62,000 bases of DNA from the NCBI GenBank assembly GCA_013239625.1, contig MU054187.1, positions 9,257,231-9,319,230 on the forward strand, in the 5' to 3' direction. Position 1 is the stretch's first letter, and each line of letters begins with the position of its first letter. The stretch is from Lama guanicoe (lineage: Eukaryota). Shown piece by piece: positions 10,050-22,441 of the stretch. Below the pieces are notes generated by a model. It was not told the origin of the DNA, did no database searches, and saw only the letters and a list, made by a program, of their open reading frames with translations. Made by a program: the position numbers and the translations under genes.

Positions 10050-12731
10050 TTTCTAAATTGACATATGGTTGATTAATAATATTAAATTACTTAAGGTATA
10101 CAGTATAGTGATTTAGTATTTTTATAGATTATACACCATTTAAAGATATTATAAAATAATGGCTGTATTTCTCTGTGCTGGACAATATACCTTTGTTGTT
10201 TATTTTATACAAAGTAGTTTTTCTCTTTTAATCCCCTATTTTGTCCCCGCCTCTGTGCACAGGTAACCACTAGTTTGTTCTCTATACTGTGTCTGTTTCT
10301 GTTTTGTTATATTCATTCATTTTATTTTTTAGATTCCACATACAAGTGTAAGAGTATTTGTCTTTCCTTGTCTGATTTACTTCACTAAGCATAGTATCCT
10401 CTAGAAACATCCACGTTGTTGCAAATGGCAAAATTTCATTCTTTTTTATGACTAAGTAATATTTCATTGTATATCTACACTATATCTTCTTTATCCATTC
10501 ATCTATTGATGGACACAGGTTGCTTCCATGTATTAGCTATTATAAATAATGCTGCTATGAACGTTGAGATGTATGTATCTTTTTGATACATACATTTTCA
10601 TCTTTTTTGGATAAGTACCTAACAGTGGAATTGCTGGATCACATGATAGTTCTAGTTTTAGTTTTTTGAGGAATGTCTGTACTGCTTCCATAGTGGCTGC
10701 AACAATCTACCTTCCCACCAACTCTGTACTAGGGCTCCCTTTTCTCCACATCCTTGCCAAAATTTGTTATTTGTAGAATTTTTGATGATAGACATTTGGA
10801 CAGGTGTGAGGTGATATCTCATCATGGTTTTGATTTGCATTTCTTTGCTAATCAGTGATGCTGAGCAGTTTTTTCAAGTGTCTGTTGGCCATTTGTATAT
10901 CTTCTTTGGAAAAATGTTTGTTCATTTCTTCTGTTCATTTTTAAATTAGATTGTTTGTTTTTTGATATTGAGTTGTATGAGCTGTTTATATATTCTGGAA
11001 TATTAACCTCTTTATCAGTCACATCATTTGCAAATATTTTCTCACATTCTGTAGATTGTTGTTCATTTTGTTGGTGATTTCCTTTGCTGTGCAAAAGCTT
11101 TTAAGTTTAATTAGGTCCTACTTGTTTATTTTTGTTTTTGTTTCTTTTGCCTTAGGAGAAAGATCCAAAAAATATTGCTTTGATTTATGTCAGGGTGTTC
11201 TGCTTATGTTCTATTCTAGGAGTTTCATGGTTTCAGGATTTACATTTAGGTCTTGAATTCATTTTTAGTTTATTTTTGTCTATGGTGTAAGAAAATGCTC
11301 TAACTTCATTCTTTTACATGTAGTGTTAAGTTTTCCCAGCACCACTTATTGAAGGGTCTCTTTTCTCCATTGTGTCTTCTTGCCTCCTTTGTCGTAAATT
11401 AATTGACCATAAGTGTGTGGATTTATTTATGGACTCTCCATTCTGTTCCATTGACCTACGTGTTTTTGTGTCAGTACCATGGTGTTTTGATTACTGTAGC
11501 TTTGTAGTATAGTCTGAAGTCAGGGAGTGTGATTAACTCCAGCTTTGTCCTTTTTTCTTGAGATTGCTTTGGCAATCTGGGGTCGTTTGTGGTTCCATTT
11601 AAATCTTAGGACTATCTGTTCTACTTCTTGTGAAAAATGTCATGGATATTTTGATAGAGATTGTATTATATCTGTAGATTGCTTTAGGTGGTATAGCCAG
11701 TTTAACAATATGAATTCTTCCAATCCAAGAACACGAGGTATCTTCCCATTTCTTAAGGATTTACAAATGATGCATATAATGTACCCAGGACATAGTAACT
11801 TCAAAGAACTATTTTTATTAAAGGAGACACATTTCTTTTTATCATCTTTAATTTCCTTCATCAATGTTTTATAGTTATCAAGTCTTTTATCTCCTTAGGT
11901 AAGTTTATGCCTACATATTCTATTCTTTTTGATGTGATTTTAAATGGGATTGTTTTCTTGCTTTCTCTTTCTGATAGTTCATTTTCTTAATATACAGAAA
12001 AGCAACAGATTCTGTATATCAACCTGGTATCTTGCCATTTTACTAATTCATTTATTAGTTCTAATAGTTTTTTTGTGGAGACTTCAGGGTTTTCTAGATA
12101 TAATATCATGTCATCTGCAAATAGTGACAGTTTTACTTCTTCCCTTCCAATTTGGATGCCTACTATTATTGTGTTATTGTCAGTTTCTCCCTTTATGTCT
12201 GTTAATATTTGCTTTATATATTTAGGTGCTTCTGCTTTCAGTGCATATATGTTAACAAGTGTTACATTCTCTTCTTGTATTGATCCTTTTATCAGTATAG
12301 AATGCTCTTCTCTCTTTTGTTATAGACTTTGTTTTAAAGTTTGTTTTTTCTGATGTGAGTATTGCTAGCTCTGCTCTCTTGTCATTTCCATTTGCATGAA
12401 ATATCTCTTTCCATTCACTCACTTTCAGTCTGTGTGTCTTTAAAAGGAGTCTCTTATAAGATAGGTCCTGTTTTTTTTCTTTTCTGATGAGCCACCCTGT
12501 GTTTTTTGATGGGAGCATTTAATCCTTTGACATTTAAAGTGACTAGTGATAGGTATGTAGTTATTGCCATTTTGCTACTTGTTTTCTGGTTGTTTTTGCA
12601 GTTCTTCTCTGTTCTTTTCTTCTTTTAGTTTCTTCCCTTGTGGTCTGATAATTTTCTTTAGTGGTATACTTGTGTTCCTTCCTCTCTAGATTTTGTGTAT
12701 CTATTATAGGTTTTTGATTTGTGGTTACTAT
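10050..12731 (-). mobile_element. L1 (ORF2 to 3' end) with internal deletion, TSD-flanked
   Basis: Minus-strand ORF2 peptides: EN (THRLKVSEWKEIFHANGN, ORF 12252-12518), RT ([15 protein letters not shown]) and C-terminus ([17 protein letters not shown] 10658-10840), followed by the 3'UTR. Direct repeat ttctatgattct at 10038-10049 and 12741-12752. Confidence 0.93.
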
Positions 12732-13959
12732 CCCTCAGCTTTCTATGATTCTATGCTTTCTTCATATTTATAGATTTAGGCACACTAAAATTTCATACCC
12801 TTTGTAACATCTTTTTAAAAGGGACTTTTTTTAACTTTGGAAAATTATGAAACATAATAGAAAGTAACCAATTTGCTTTTCTGAAACACACTTAATTTTT
12901 ACGGGAGAATTGTCAGACTTGTTCTGTAATTTTGTCTGAGATGCCACTGGAGTGCTGGCCAACAGCCTCTTCATTTTATACAATCAAAGCAATCACTTTT
13001 CTTCTTCCTTCCTAAATTTACTCAACAGAATGTAGCTTACTCAGATGAATCCTATCTTTGAAATTTACAAAGTGGTGGCCTGAATTACATATATAACAAC
13101 AACAACAACAATAATGTAAACAATATAAAGGGTAGTAAAAATAGTAACAATGACAGCAAAAATAATGCCTTTGTTCACTGCATTGGGTTGTTTAGATTAG
13201 GACTGATTTGTTGGGATTATGTGCCCTTACACATCACGGGTTCAAAATGGGTGGTGTTTGCATCTGCTGAGATAGGAAGTTTACATTAAGTAGTACGTAT
13301 ACTAATGTTATGATTGTCTGATTATTTTGATTGACATTCAAATTCATCTAGTATCTGTTGCAAATTCTGTTCCAATGTATTAGTCATTTATTATAATATC
13401 CAAACCCTATGTAGTAATTGAGAGAGGTACATAAAAGGTCTTTAGGAGCACCTAGGGGAATAGTGAAGACCCCATAAATAGAACACACAGGGAAAATTAG
13501 CATGTAACCCCCACCCCCAACACACACGAGCACACACACACACACTTCTCCGATTTTCTAACTCACAAAAAGACCACTTTGGTTCAATCTTGGAACATTT
13601 TCTAAGTTCTCCTCTTCAAATTTCAACAATTCCATTCACAATGCTTTTACAGTACATGTAGTGCATTTTGCATCAAGGAGTAATTTATGTGTTTACTATG
13701 AGTTATTTCCTTTTACAAACATCATTTGAAGCTCACCACTTCTAGAAAGCCTCACCTATTTAAGTGGAATATGATTCCATTAATCTCTGGCTATATCTTT
13801 AGATTATATATTAGAAGCCATGTATGTATAGGCATGTGCTGACATCCTGTGTATTAGAGTACACATAAGAATGAATCTTTTATTTCTTCCATTTAAGTGC
13901 CCAGGGCCATTGGGCATGCCCTTCTACCTACCTAGAATATATTTGCTTCTATAAACAAC

Positions 13960-14250
13960 CCCTTAATCTAGTTCTTTTCAGATCTTTGCTTGATTATTTT
14001 TGTTCAGGGAAGCTTTCTTTGATCTTCCCCTGCTCCACTGATTTACATGGTCTTGTATCATCTGTCCAGTTTCACTTTTATACTTATGTTGAGTGATCAT
14101 CTGATTAATATCTGTCTCTGTTGGTAAGCTGTAACACTGTAAACCACAAACCCAGAGTCTGTATTTGGTTTTGTTTACCAGGATATGCCTAGCATTTAGC
14201 TCAATGCCTGGATCTAGTAGGTAACTAACCGTTGAATGACTAGATGAATA
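13960..14250 (+). mobile_element. L2 LINE 3' end
   Basis: ...cctagcatttagctcaatgcctggatctagtaggtaactaaccgttgaatgactagatgaata resembles the L2 3' terminus. Confidence 0.65.
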
Positions 14251-14864
14251 AAAAACTCTGTTTTCTCTTTGAAACATAGCTATAGTTCTACTTCATCTAA
14301 GAGTTTTGCAATACTTAAAAAATTATAAACTCATGGTTTATTCCATATAAAAAGTTAAAAAGTAGTGATTTAAGAAGTGAGGTCAATTGTGCAAAAATAA
14401 TGAATTTTACAAAAATATTTATTAAACTGAATCTGAAACATAAACTGCAATTTTAAAAAATGTCACTCATAATCTCACCATATTAATATAGCAATTATTT
14501 TCATTTCATCAAAGGACATTGTCCTTAAACTGAAGTGATGCTGGAACTTGTGTATTTAGTTCTAAATGTCTTTAGTTCCTCCCACCACTATTCCATTTCT
14601 TTGCATGATGATGAGCTGCTTCCTAAACTCTGGCTGAAAGTCAGGATCTATGAGAAATAGTCTTTGTATCAACAAAACAATGCCACCTAGAGGTGAGAGT
14701 GCTCTGAAGTGTTCACACAAAGTAGTGCTAGGCTTTGCTACCTGTCATGCTAAACAGAAACTTAAACTCTACCTTCAACTTCAGGAGCCAGATCTCATTT
14801 CGCAAAATTCAGGAGTAACACCTGTCTCATTTGATTTAAGATTTTTTCTATAGGGTTCTACTCT

Positions 14865-16194
14865 ACAACTTACACCACACTCAAAAATCAATTCAAAATG
14901 GATTAAAAACTTGAATTTAAGATCTGATACCATAAAACTCCTAGAAGAAAACATAGGCAGTAAGATCCTTGGCATTGGTGATATTTTGGATTTGACATCA
15001 AAAGCAAAAGAAACTAAAGCAAAAATAAACAAGTGAGAATACATCAAACTAAAAACTCGTTCACAGCAAAGAATACCGTTAATAAAATGAAAAGGCAAAT
15101 TACCAAATGGAAGAAAATATTTGCAAATCATATATCTGACAATGGGTTAAATATCTAAAATATATAAAGAATTCATACAACTCAATAGCGAAAAAGCAAA
15201 CAATCCAATTTAAAAATGGGTAGAGGATCTGAATAGGTATTTCTCCAAAGAAGACACACAGAAGGCCAACAGGTACATGAAAAGGCACTCAACGTCACGA
15301 TTGATCAGGGAAATGCAAGCTGCAACCACAATGAGATAGATAGTACCTCACATCTGTCCAAATGGCTATCATCAAAAAGTCTACAAAAACAAATTTTGGC
15401 AAGGATGTGGAGATGTGCACTGTTGATAAGAATGTAAATTGGTGTAGCCACTATGCAAAGCAGTACAGAGATTCCTCAAAAAACTAACAATAGTTCCAGC
15501 AATTTCACTTCTGGGTATTTATCTGAAGAAAACAAAAATATTTATCTGAAAAGATACCTGCACCCCCATGTTCATTGCAGCAATTTTTTTTACAATAGCC
15601 AAGTTATGGAAACAATCTAAGTGTATATCAATGGATGAATGAATAAAGAAAACATGGTATATATATAATGGAATATCATTTAGCCATGGAAAAGAAGGAG
15701 ATTTTGCCATGGATTGACCTTAAGGGTATCACGCTAAGTGAAATAAGTCAAAGACAAATACTGTATAATCTCACTCACATGTGGAATTTTAAAAAATCCT
15801 GAGCACACAGATACAGAGAACAGATTGGTGGCTGCCACAGTGGGAAAGGGAGTGGGGCAGGGGGCCAGCGGTGGTACTGGTGAAGGGTGGGTAAAATGGG
15901 TGAAGGTGGTCAAAAGGTACAAGCTTCTAACTATAAAATAAAAGTCATGAAGATGTAATGTACAGCTTGATGACTATAGTTAATAATACTGTATTGCATA
16001 TTTCAAAATTGCTAAGAGAATAGACCTTAAAAGTTTTCATAGCAAGAAAAAATTATAACTGTATGATGATGGACTAGACTATAACTAGACACTGTGGTGA
16101 TCTTTCAACAATATATGCAAATACTGAATCATCACATTGTACACCTGAGACTAACGTAATACATCAGTTATATCTCAATAAAAAATAAATAAAA
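14865..16194 (+). mobile_element. 5'-truncated L1 (ORF2 C-terminus, 3'UTR, A-tail; L1MA9-like)
   Basis: aactcctagaagaaaacataggcag and aatggctatcatcaaaaag in ORF2. 3'UTR gactatagttaataatactgtattgcata, ending ctcaataaaaaataaataaaa. Confidence 0.9.
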
Positions 16195-16409
16195 GAACAC
16201 ACTTTGCATGTCAGGAGATAGCACATTTTCTTAACTGAAAGCTGTGGTGGAAACCTGGAGGCAGTTCCATAGCAGTGTTTGGTTGCGCCAAGCACCAGTT
16301 GACTAATGATCTAATTAGATGTAGCATGTATTTTGGTATCACTGGATGCCTTGTAATGGCAACCTTTATGGTCATGCATGTTTTATTCTCTCTTTGTTAT
16401 GTTTTCCAG

Positions 16410-16529
16410 AGGGATAACCAATTAGCTGATAGAATAACAAACGAAAAGTAACTTGACACCATTGACCCACTTAACCTCCCACGAGAAGGATGGAAAAGTG
16501 TAGCCATTTGCTTTGAAACAGTGGAACAG
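16410..16529 (+). other. DNAJC5B: Probable non-coding 5'UTR exon of DNAJC5B
   Basis: Long pyrimidine tract ttttattctctctttgttatgttttccag ending at 16409 and donor CAG|gtatgg at 16530, in unique sequence about 5.8 kb upstream of the ATG exon. Resembles my recollection of the DNAJC5B 5'UTR (...GAAACAGTGGAACAG), which I could not verify. Confidence 0.65.
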
Positions 16530-16794
16530 GTATGGAACAGCTCCTTTTGTTGTTGCCTGTCTCTATATTTTGCACATTTGTTTCCAGGCCAACTGAAAAC
16601 AGCAAGTTGTTTCTGATTGAGAACACAGAATCGGAGTTATAGGAACAGGTACTGTGGGTTATTTTAACATTTCCAAGTTGCCTTGTCTTCAGGTTTCTAT
16701 TTATATAAGTACCAGTGCAATCAGGAGATAATTATTTTTCAGTAGCAAATTGTAATCATACTAGAGAGAATTATCATTTTAAAATATAGGGTTT

Positions 16795-16882
16795 GTCTAT
16801 GGCCATATCACCCTGAACGCGCCCGATCTTGTCTGATCTCGGAAGCTACGCAGGGTCGGGCCTGGTTAGTATTTAGATGGGA
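16795..16882 (+). pseudogene. 3'-truncated (tailless) 5S rRNA retropseudogene
   Basis: GTCTATGGCCATATCACCCTGAACGCGCCCGATCTTGTCTGATCTCGGAAGCTACGCAGGGTCGGGCCTGGTTAGTATTTAGATGGGA matches nt 1-88 of mammalian 5S rRNA with 6 substitutions. Flanked by a 13-bp direct repeat (aaaatatagggtt 16781-16793, aaaacatagggtt 16882-16894). Confidence 0.95.
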
Positions 16883-19325
16883 AAACATAGGGTTAGCATT
16901 TTGGATGTGTGTTAAGCTTTAAGATACAATGCTCTTTGAATAAGGAAATTTTGCTCCAATAAACAGATTTCTATAGAAGAATTACAGAAGTAATAATAAA
17001 ATGGTAACACATGTTGGTTTCCTCAATCACAGCTGTCAAAAGTGTTTGCTGTTGAGTGATCTAATCTTCCCCACTCACACTCATATTCTCAGTCATGAAG
17101 GGACCAGGCCAAAAAAGGCATAGTTTGATTATTTCCATTTTTCAGAATTCACATAACAGAGATGAAGCTTCTTTTGCTTTGAAGGAAACATTTCACGTCA
17201 ACATGAACAATTTAAAACAGCATTTGTAGGACTCCTGGAATTAGAACCTTTGAAATATGTGTTTATTTTGAATTGGATGTTCATCATCATAGGAGTGTTA
17301 AACCTTCTGTCAATTATATCTTTATCAGGAGACAGCTGAGCTGTATGTGACTTGGTAGTGACTAGTGGTTAAGGTTTTAAGAAAGTATATTAATGGATTG
17401 TAAAGCAGCTAAAAAGTAATTTAATTTCAGAAGATTAAGTATCACATACTGAATGATCAAAATTAAATTATTTAATAACTTTGCATGACAACATTTTCCC
17501 CCATTGGACAGTACAGATAAGGAGCTATGAATAAATAATAAAGACTTGAATTTTGCATAGGAATATTAGCATTCAAAAGGCAACAGAGAAAGAATTCGTA
17601 AAAATTTTATTTTAAATAAGGAATTAAATAAGGGTATGACTCCATTATTTAAGTTTAAGGAACGTTTTAGGGGATTTTTGACTATTGCTCTGCAGTTAGT
17701 ATGTTCTCAGGGCATAATTTTATTTTCACACATTAAAACAACTAATGGTTTCAATGTATTATTACTCTATTGAATTTGAAGCTAAATGGCATCTGCATTA
17801 ATAATACATGAAGAGTCTGATTTCTAGCTCACCAAGGACACAGAAAAATAGGTTGTTGCTTTATGCTCAGAAAGCAACCTTGTGGTCTCTGGGTTTCTTT
17901 ATGTTTCAGTTTGTAGAGTCACCAACTACTAACTACATTGACCAACTATCTTTTTCTTGTGTTCTAATATTGATGTAAATGGGGTTTTTTTTGTATCTTA
18001 ATTAAGAGATTGATGTTGTTGTCTAAAAGGAAATATTTTGATCTTTTGGCAATAGGGCAAATAAGGTGAAACGGAAAATAAACAAATTCCAAACTCTCTG
18101 TAACAACCCATTCTGAATATTACTCAACCCACAACATAAAGCAAGTCAGCTACTAGATTTTACTTAGAAGAATAGGTTACAGTGTGATTAGATTTCTAAA
18201 TAGAGAGATGATTTGAAAAACTACATAAACTGAAAGAATAGCCAGTTACCATGTCTTCTTGGGTGTGAGTTTTTATGTATGAAACTCTTTTAAGAGATGG
18301 CATCTGTCTTCTTTTTTCCACTGAGGAGTATGTAAAGGGATGGCTGTGAAGCAGGGAAGGAAGAATTCCAGGCTGTTTCCAGGTGTATTCTCTGGAAGGC
18401 TCTGGGGGTAGCCTCCAAGTAACCCCCCCCCAATCTTGTTCCACACCTGGAATAACTTTAGGAGGCAATCTTGGGGGAAAAAATGTACCAGTCAAAACTG
18501 GGAGACTGTACACTTGTTGAAATTGATTTTAGGACAATCTGTTGATTTATGGGCACCATAACATCTCTCTTATTTTATGAGATAGATGATGAAGAGTGAA
18601 TATATTTCATTCCCTCAAATTGTAACTGTTTCTTTTGAATGCTGAATATAGAGAAAAATAGATAAAGCAAAGATAGCTATTTGCCATACTTTTATTCCTT
18701 CTTGTTCTCTTGAATAGCTCTCCACAAACTTTCTTTATGAAACATCTTGACCCAGATTTATCACTGCTTTTTTTATCCATACTAGTAATGTCTACACCAC
18801 ACATCTGAATCTGTTTGGTTTGAGTATCTTAGTATATACATATCGTTATTATTTCCCTGAATTATTTATTCCCAAGTACCTAGAAACCAGTTTCAATTTA
18901 AAGGAAGAGTAGGTGCAGTGATATAAGAAAAATCCACAATGGATTATCCTGGCTTGGAGGTGCTCAGGGAACCACTATTGGTGTTTAATTGAGGTACATG
19001 ACACTAAAGCGTGTTGGAAAACAGTGACCAAAATCTAGCTAAAACATGCTCAAAAGGAAACAATGTGTGTGAATTTGTGTATAGGGAGGAATTTTATTGG
19101 CTTACTCCAAGGAAGGGCTGACTGACAAACTGTAGGAGGGGACAAGTTGCAAGTGCACTCAAAAACAAATGGAACCAGGGGGCTGAACCCCACTGAGGCT
19201 CTCTCTCCATCTCCTCCCTCTGCCCGATTTCTGCAGGTCTGTTTCAATCTCTCTTGTTTTAGGCCGGCCAACTATCCAAATTTTACATTTTACAGTTCTC
19301 ACTACCTGAGACATTTTTCTACACT

Positions 19326-19351
19326 AAAAAAAAAAAAAAAAAAAAAAAAAA
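19326..19351 (+). repeat. A26 homopolymer
   Basis: 26 consecutive A, within a degraded MaLR-like stretch. Confidence 0.95.
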
Positions 19352-20859
19352 TCCTAGGGAAGGACTCTGGTTGACTTGGCTTGGGTAAGGTACCACTCCA
19401 GGTCTACTCAACTGAGATCAGGTAAGACTGAGGCAGGTCTCAGGAAAAGTAATATGTTGCAACACAGAAGAAGGGGAAAAGAGAGTTAGTAGGCTAACAG
19501 TGAAGTTGTTTACTGCAATGATCCCTGGCCAGGATGTCCCTAGAGGCATTTGTTAAATTGACTTAGATTATCTCTAACTCCATATTCGAGGGTCCTAGGA
19601 TTTGAACCATTATGTTGATATATTCTTAGTGACTTTGGGATCTTGCTTCCCAGCAAGATCTAAAAATCTGAGACAAGCATGATGATAGTGGACTTATTCC
19701 TTGTCCACCAAGCCACACAGAAATCCCTACTTTCTAAATCCCATTCATTCATGGCATTTAGCATTACTTGTGAGAAGCCTGCCTGCCAGTTGCCTCCCTT
19801 ACTGGGAACAATCAGGTGCAAGTGCAGGGGAGAGTATCAATATCCTGAGCATATGTGTGTGTGGTGGCAGTGGGAGAGAGGGGACAGGAAAGGAAATAGA
19901 GAGGGTGTCAGTTACTCAGGCAATTTTCCCTTTAACTCTGAATAGTCAGCCAGGTTGTGGTTCCAAGATAGGGCTGAGCTGCAGGACTGGAACACAGGGA
20001 TGAATGACCCAGCCCCAGCTGTTGAATTGTTTACTTGCCAGAGAAATTGTGATGGGAGGATGAAAAAGGTAAGGTAGAACAGTAACGAAAACAAGTGCTA
20101 CGATTTACTGAGTGGCTGCCAGTATGTATGGACATCTGCTAGATTTTGCTTCATGGCAGGCAAAATTAGGATTCCTCCTCCTCTGGTCCTTGTGTGAATG
20201 AGGAATTTGGGACTAGGGCCCCTCTGGTCTCCAGAAGCTCCACTTTCACTGAAGAGGGTACAAGCAGCATGTCACAAGACGAGGCTTTGTCCTTGTGCTG
20301 TCGTCCTCCGTTGAGTCAGTTTTGTCCTCACTGCCTTCAGGGCTATAGGATTTTTGCCTGGGGTCTGACTTTCTTCAGTACTGGCTCCTTTTTCTCCCCT
20401 CAAGAAGCTAAAGGCTTACAAAAACATTTTGAAGTTCTTCACATTGTTCTTGATTGAATTACTTAGGACCACAAGCATTCACTGTACCACACTGTGGTCT
20501 TGGGGTCTCAGGGTCTCTAAGACTGCCCTAACCCACCACGTGACATCCAGCAGGCTCTGCTCTTGCCTGTGTTGGTTAAGTCATCAGTCTGGTGGGAGCA
20601 GATCTGGGAGGTTGGCTCCAATCAAGGCCATCCACCACTGGGATGTGCCCATTTGGTTCTGCTGCTGCCACTGTTGTCACCAGGATTCCTTGTGTTGAAC
20701 ATGAGTATTTCCACAGCCCTGATGCCATCTCCTGAGCTTTGGTATATTCATTCATTCACATTCATTCCCTTTTATAGCACTGGCTGCACAAAAGCCAAGA
20801 GATGGAAAATAATTTTCAGGAAACTTCTTGTAATGTAAATAGTTTTGAGTTTTTTCCTT

Positions 20860-21305
20860 TGTTTTGTTTTTGAGATTAAATATAACAAAGTTTGCTATTT
20901 TAACTATTTTTAAGTGTACAGTTTAATGACATGAAGTACAATCACAATGATAATTAACCACCACCACTATTTATTTCCAGAACATTTTCATCATCCCAAA
21001 TAAAATCTGTACGCAGTAACTCCCATTCCTCACTCTTCCCAGCCTCTGGTAACCTCTATTCTACTTTCTGTCTCTACGAGTATGTCTATTGAAGGTACTC
21101 ATATAAGAAGAACCATATATAATATTTGTCCTTTTGTGACCAGCTTATTTCACCTAGGTAATATTTTCAAGGTTCATCATATTATAGCATGTGTCAGAAT
21201 TCCACTTCTTTTTATGGCCGAGTAATATTCCATTGTATGTACATACAACATTTTGTTTTTTCTGGCTTTTATGAATAATGAATAATGCTGCTATGAACGT
21301 TGGTG
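20860..21305 (-). mobile_element. L1 3' end (L1MB-like)
   Basis: tttttaagtgtacagtttaatgacat...ttccagaacattttcatcatcccaaa...ttttatggccgagtaatattccattgtatg. Confidence 0.85.
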
Positions 21306-22322
21306 TTTTTGTTTTTTAATGTATTAACTTATTTAATTCTTACAACAGCTTCATGAGTTTAGGCACATTTTTGTTTCCAATTTATAGATAGGGAAGGTCA
21401 TGCAGCCATGGTATGGCCAATATTCCAACTTAGAGGGTCTGACTATACTATCCTCTCTGAATTACACACTGTGCCTACTTTAATAAAAATAGATCTTTGA
21501 AGTTACTGTGTCCTGGGTATATTATATGCATTATTTCTAAATCTGTAAGATACCCTTATGATGCGGGCTTATTAAGGCTGGAGAGGGTAGGTGGTGGATG
21601 CAGGAATGCCCCCAGGTGTGCTTGTTTCTCTGTGCTTCCCCACTAGAGCCAGAGCACAGCAGGAAGATGGCTCCCTGGGACATGGGATAGTACAGTCCTT
21701 TCTGTCTAGACCACAGGGAAAGGAGCTATCTCAGGTGGAGAACTCCTGAGCACTGTGGGGGGACTCTGATATCCCACAACTACAGAGAAGTTCTAACCAG
21801 GCTGCCAGATGAAACCAGGATTTTTTTTCTTGATACTTACAAAAAGTTGGGGGGGCGGCATTGTTTTATTTTGTTTTTAAACTCTAACAATGGCTAGATC
21901 AACAGAGCCAAAGTAAAATAGATGATTATCTCCATTGCTGGCTAAATTTGGAAAACATCCACAAAAGGAGTTATGCAAATTATGGGAAAGAAAATCTACA
22001 TTTGCCTGACCTGTGAGGACTGATTTTTAACAATTCTGAGTTACGTGGATATTTAGATAACATTTTGCTTCCATTTAGCCATGTGGACAAAGCCATATTC
22101 CATTTGTATGGCTGCCTGTAGCCTTTAACACCCTGATTCGAAGCTCTAGTTTTGGTTCTCCTAACCCTTTTTCTCCCTTCCTTTTGCAGCTGGCACAAAG
22201 ATGTACTTCAGGCTGTTATTTTACAAATGGTCAGAAATAAACTATCTTCCCCTTTAGAAAGTGGGATCCAGTATGCATAAACTTTACACTACTTCCCCCT
22301 TTGTTTTTGCAGCTTAGAGAAA

Positions 22323-22441
22323 ATGGCATGTAACATACCTAACCAAAGACAGCGGACTATGTCAACATCTGGAGAAGCTCTATATGAAATCCTTGGTCTG
22401 CACAAAGGAGCATCAAATGAAGAAATTAAGAAAACCTACAG
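22323..22441 (+). CDS. DNAJC5B: DNAJC5B (cysteine string protein beta), first coding exon
   Basis: ATG at 22323 in strong context (gaaaATGg), after a pyrimidine tract and CAG at 22310-22312. Translates [39 protein letters not shown](R), the CSP-beta N-terminus and start of the J-domain. 119 coding nt, ends CAG|gtacag (phase 2). Confidence 0.97.

Noticed and set aside
15842..15864. Canonical G-quadruplex motif (GGG-GGG-GGGG-GGGGG)
   Set aside because: It is the ordinary G-rich tract of an L1 3'UTR and not locus-specific.
20420..20458. Minus-strand peptide FNQEQCEELQNVF resembles homeodomain helix 1
   Set aside because: It is bounded by stops on both sides, and I found no helix 2/3 (WFxNRR) nearby. 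Most likely chance.
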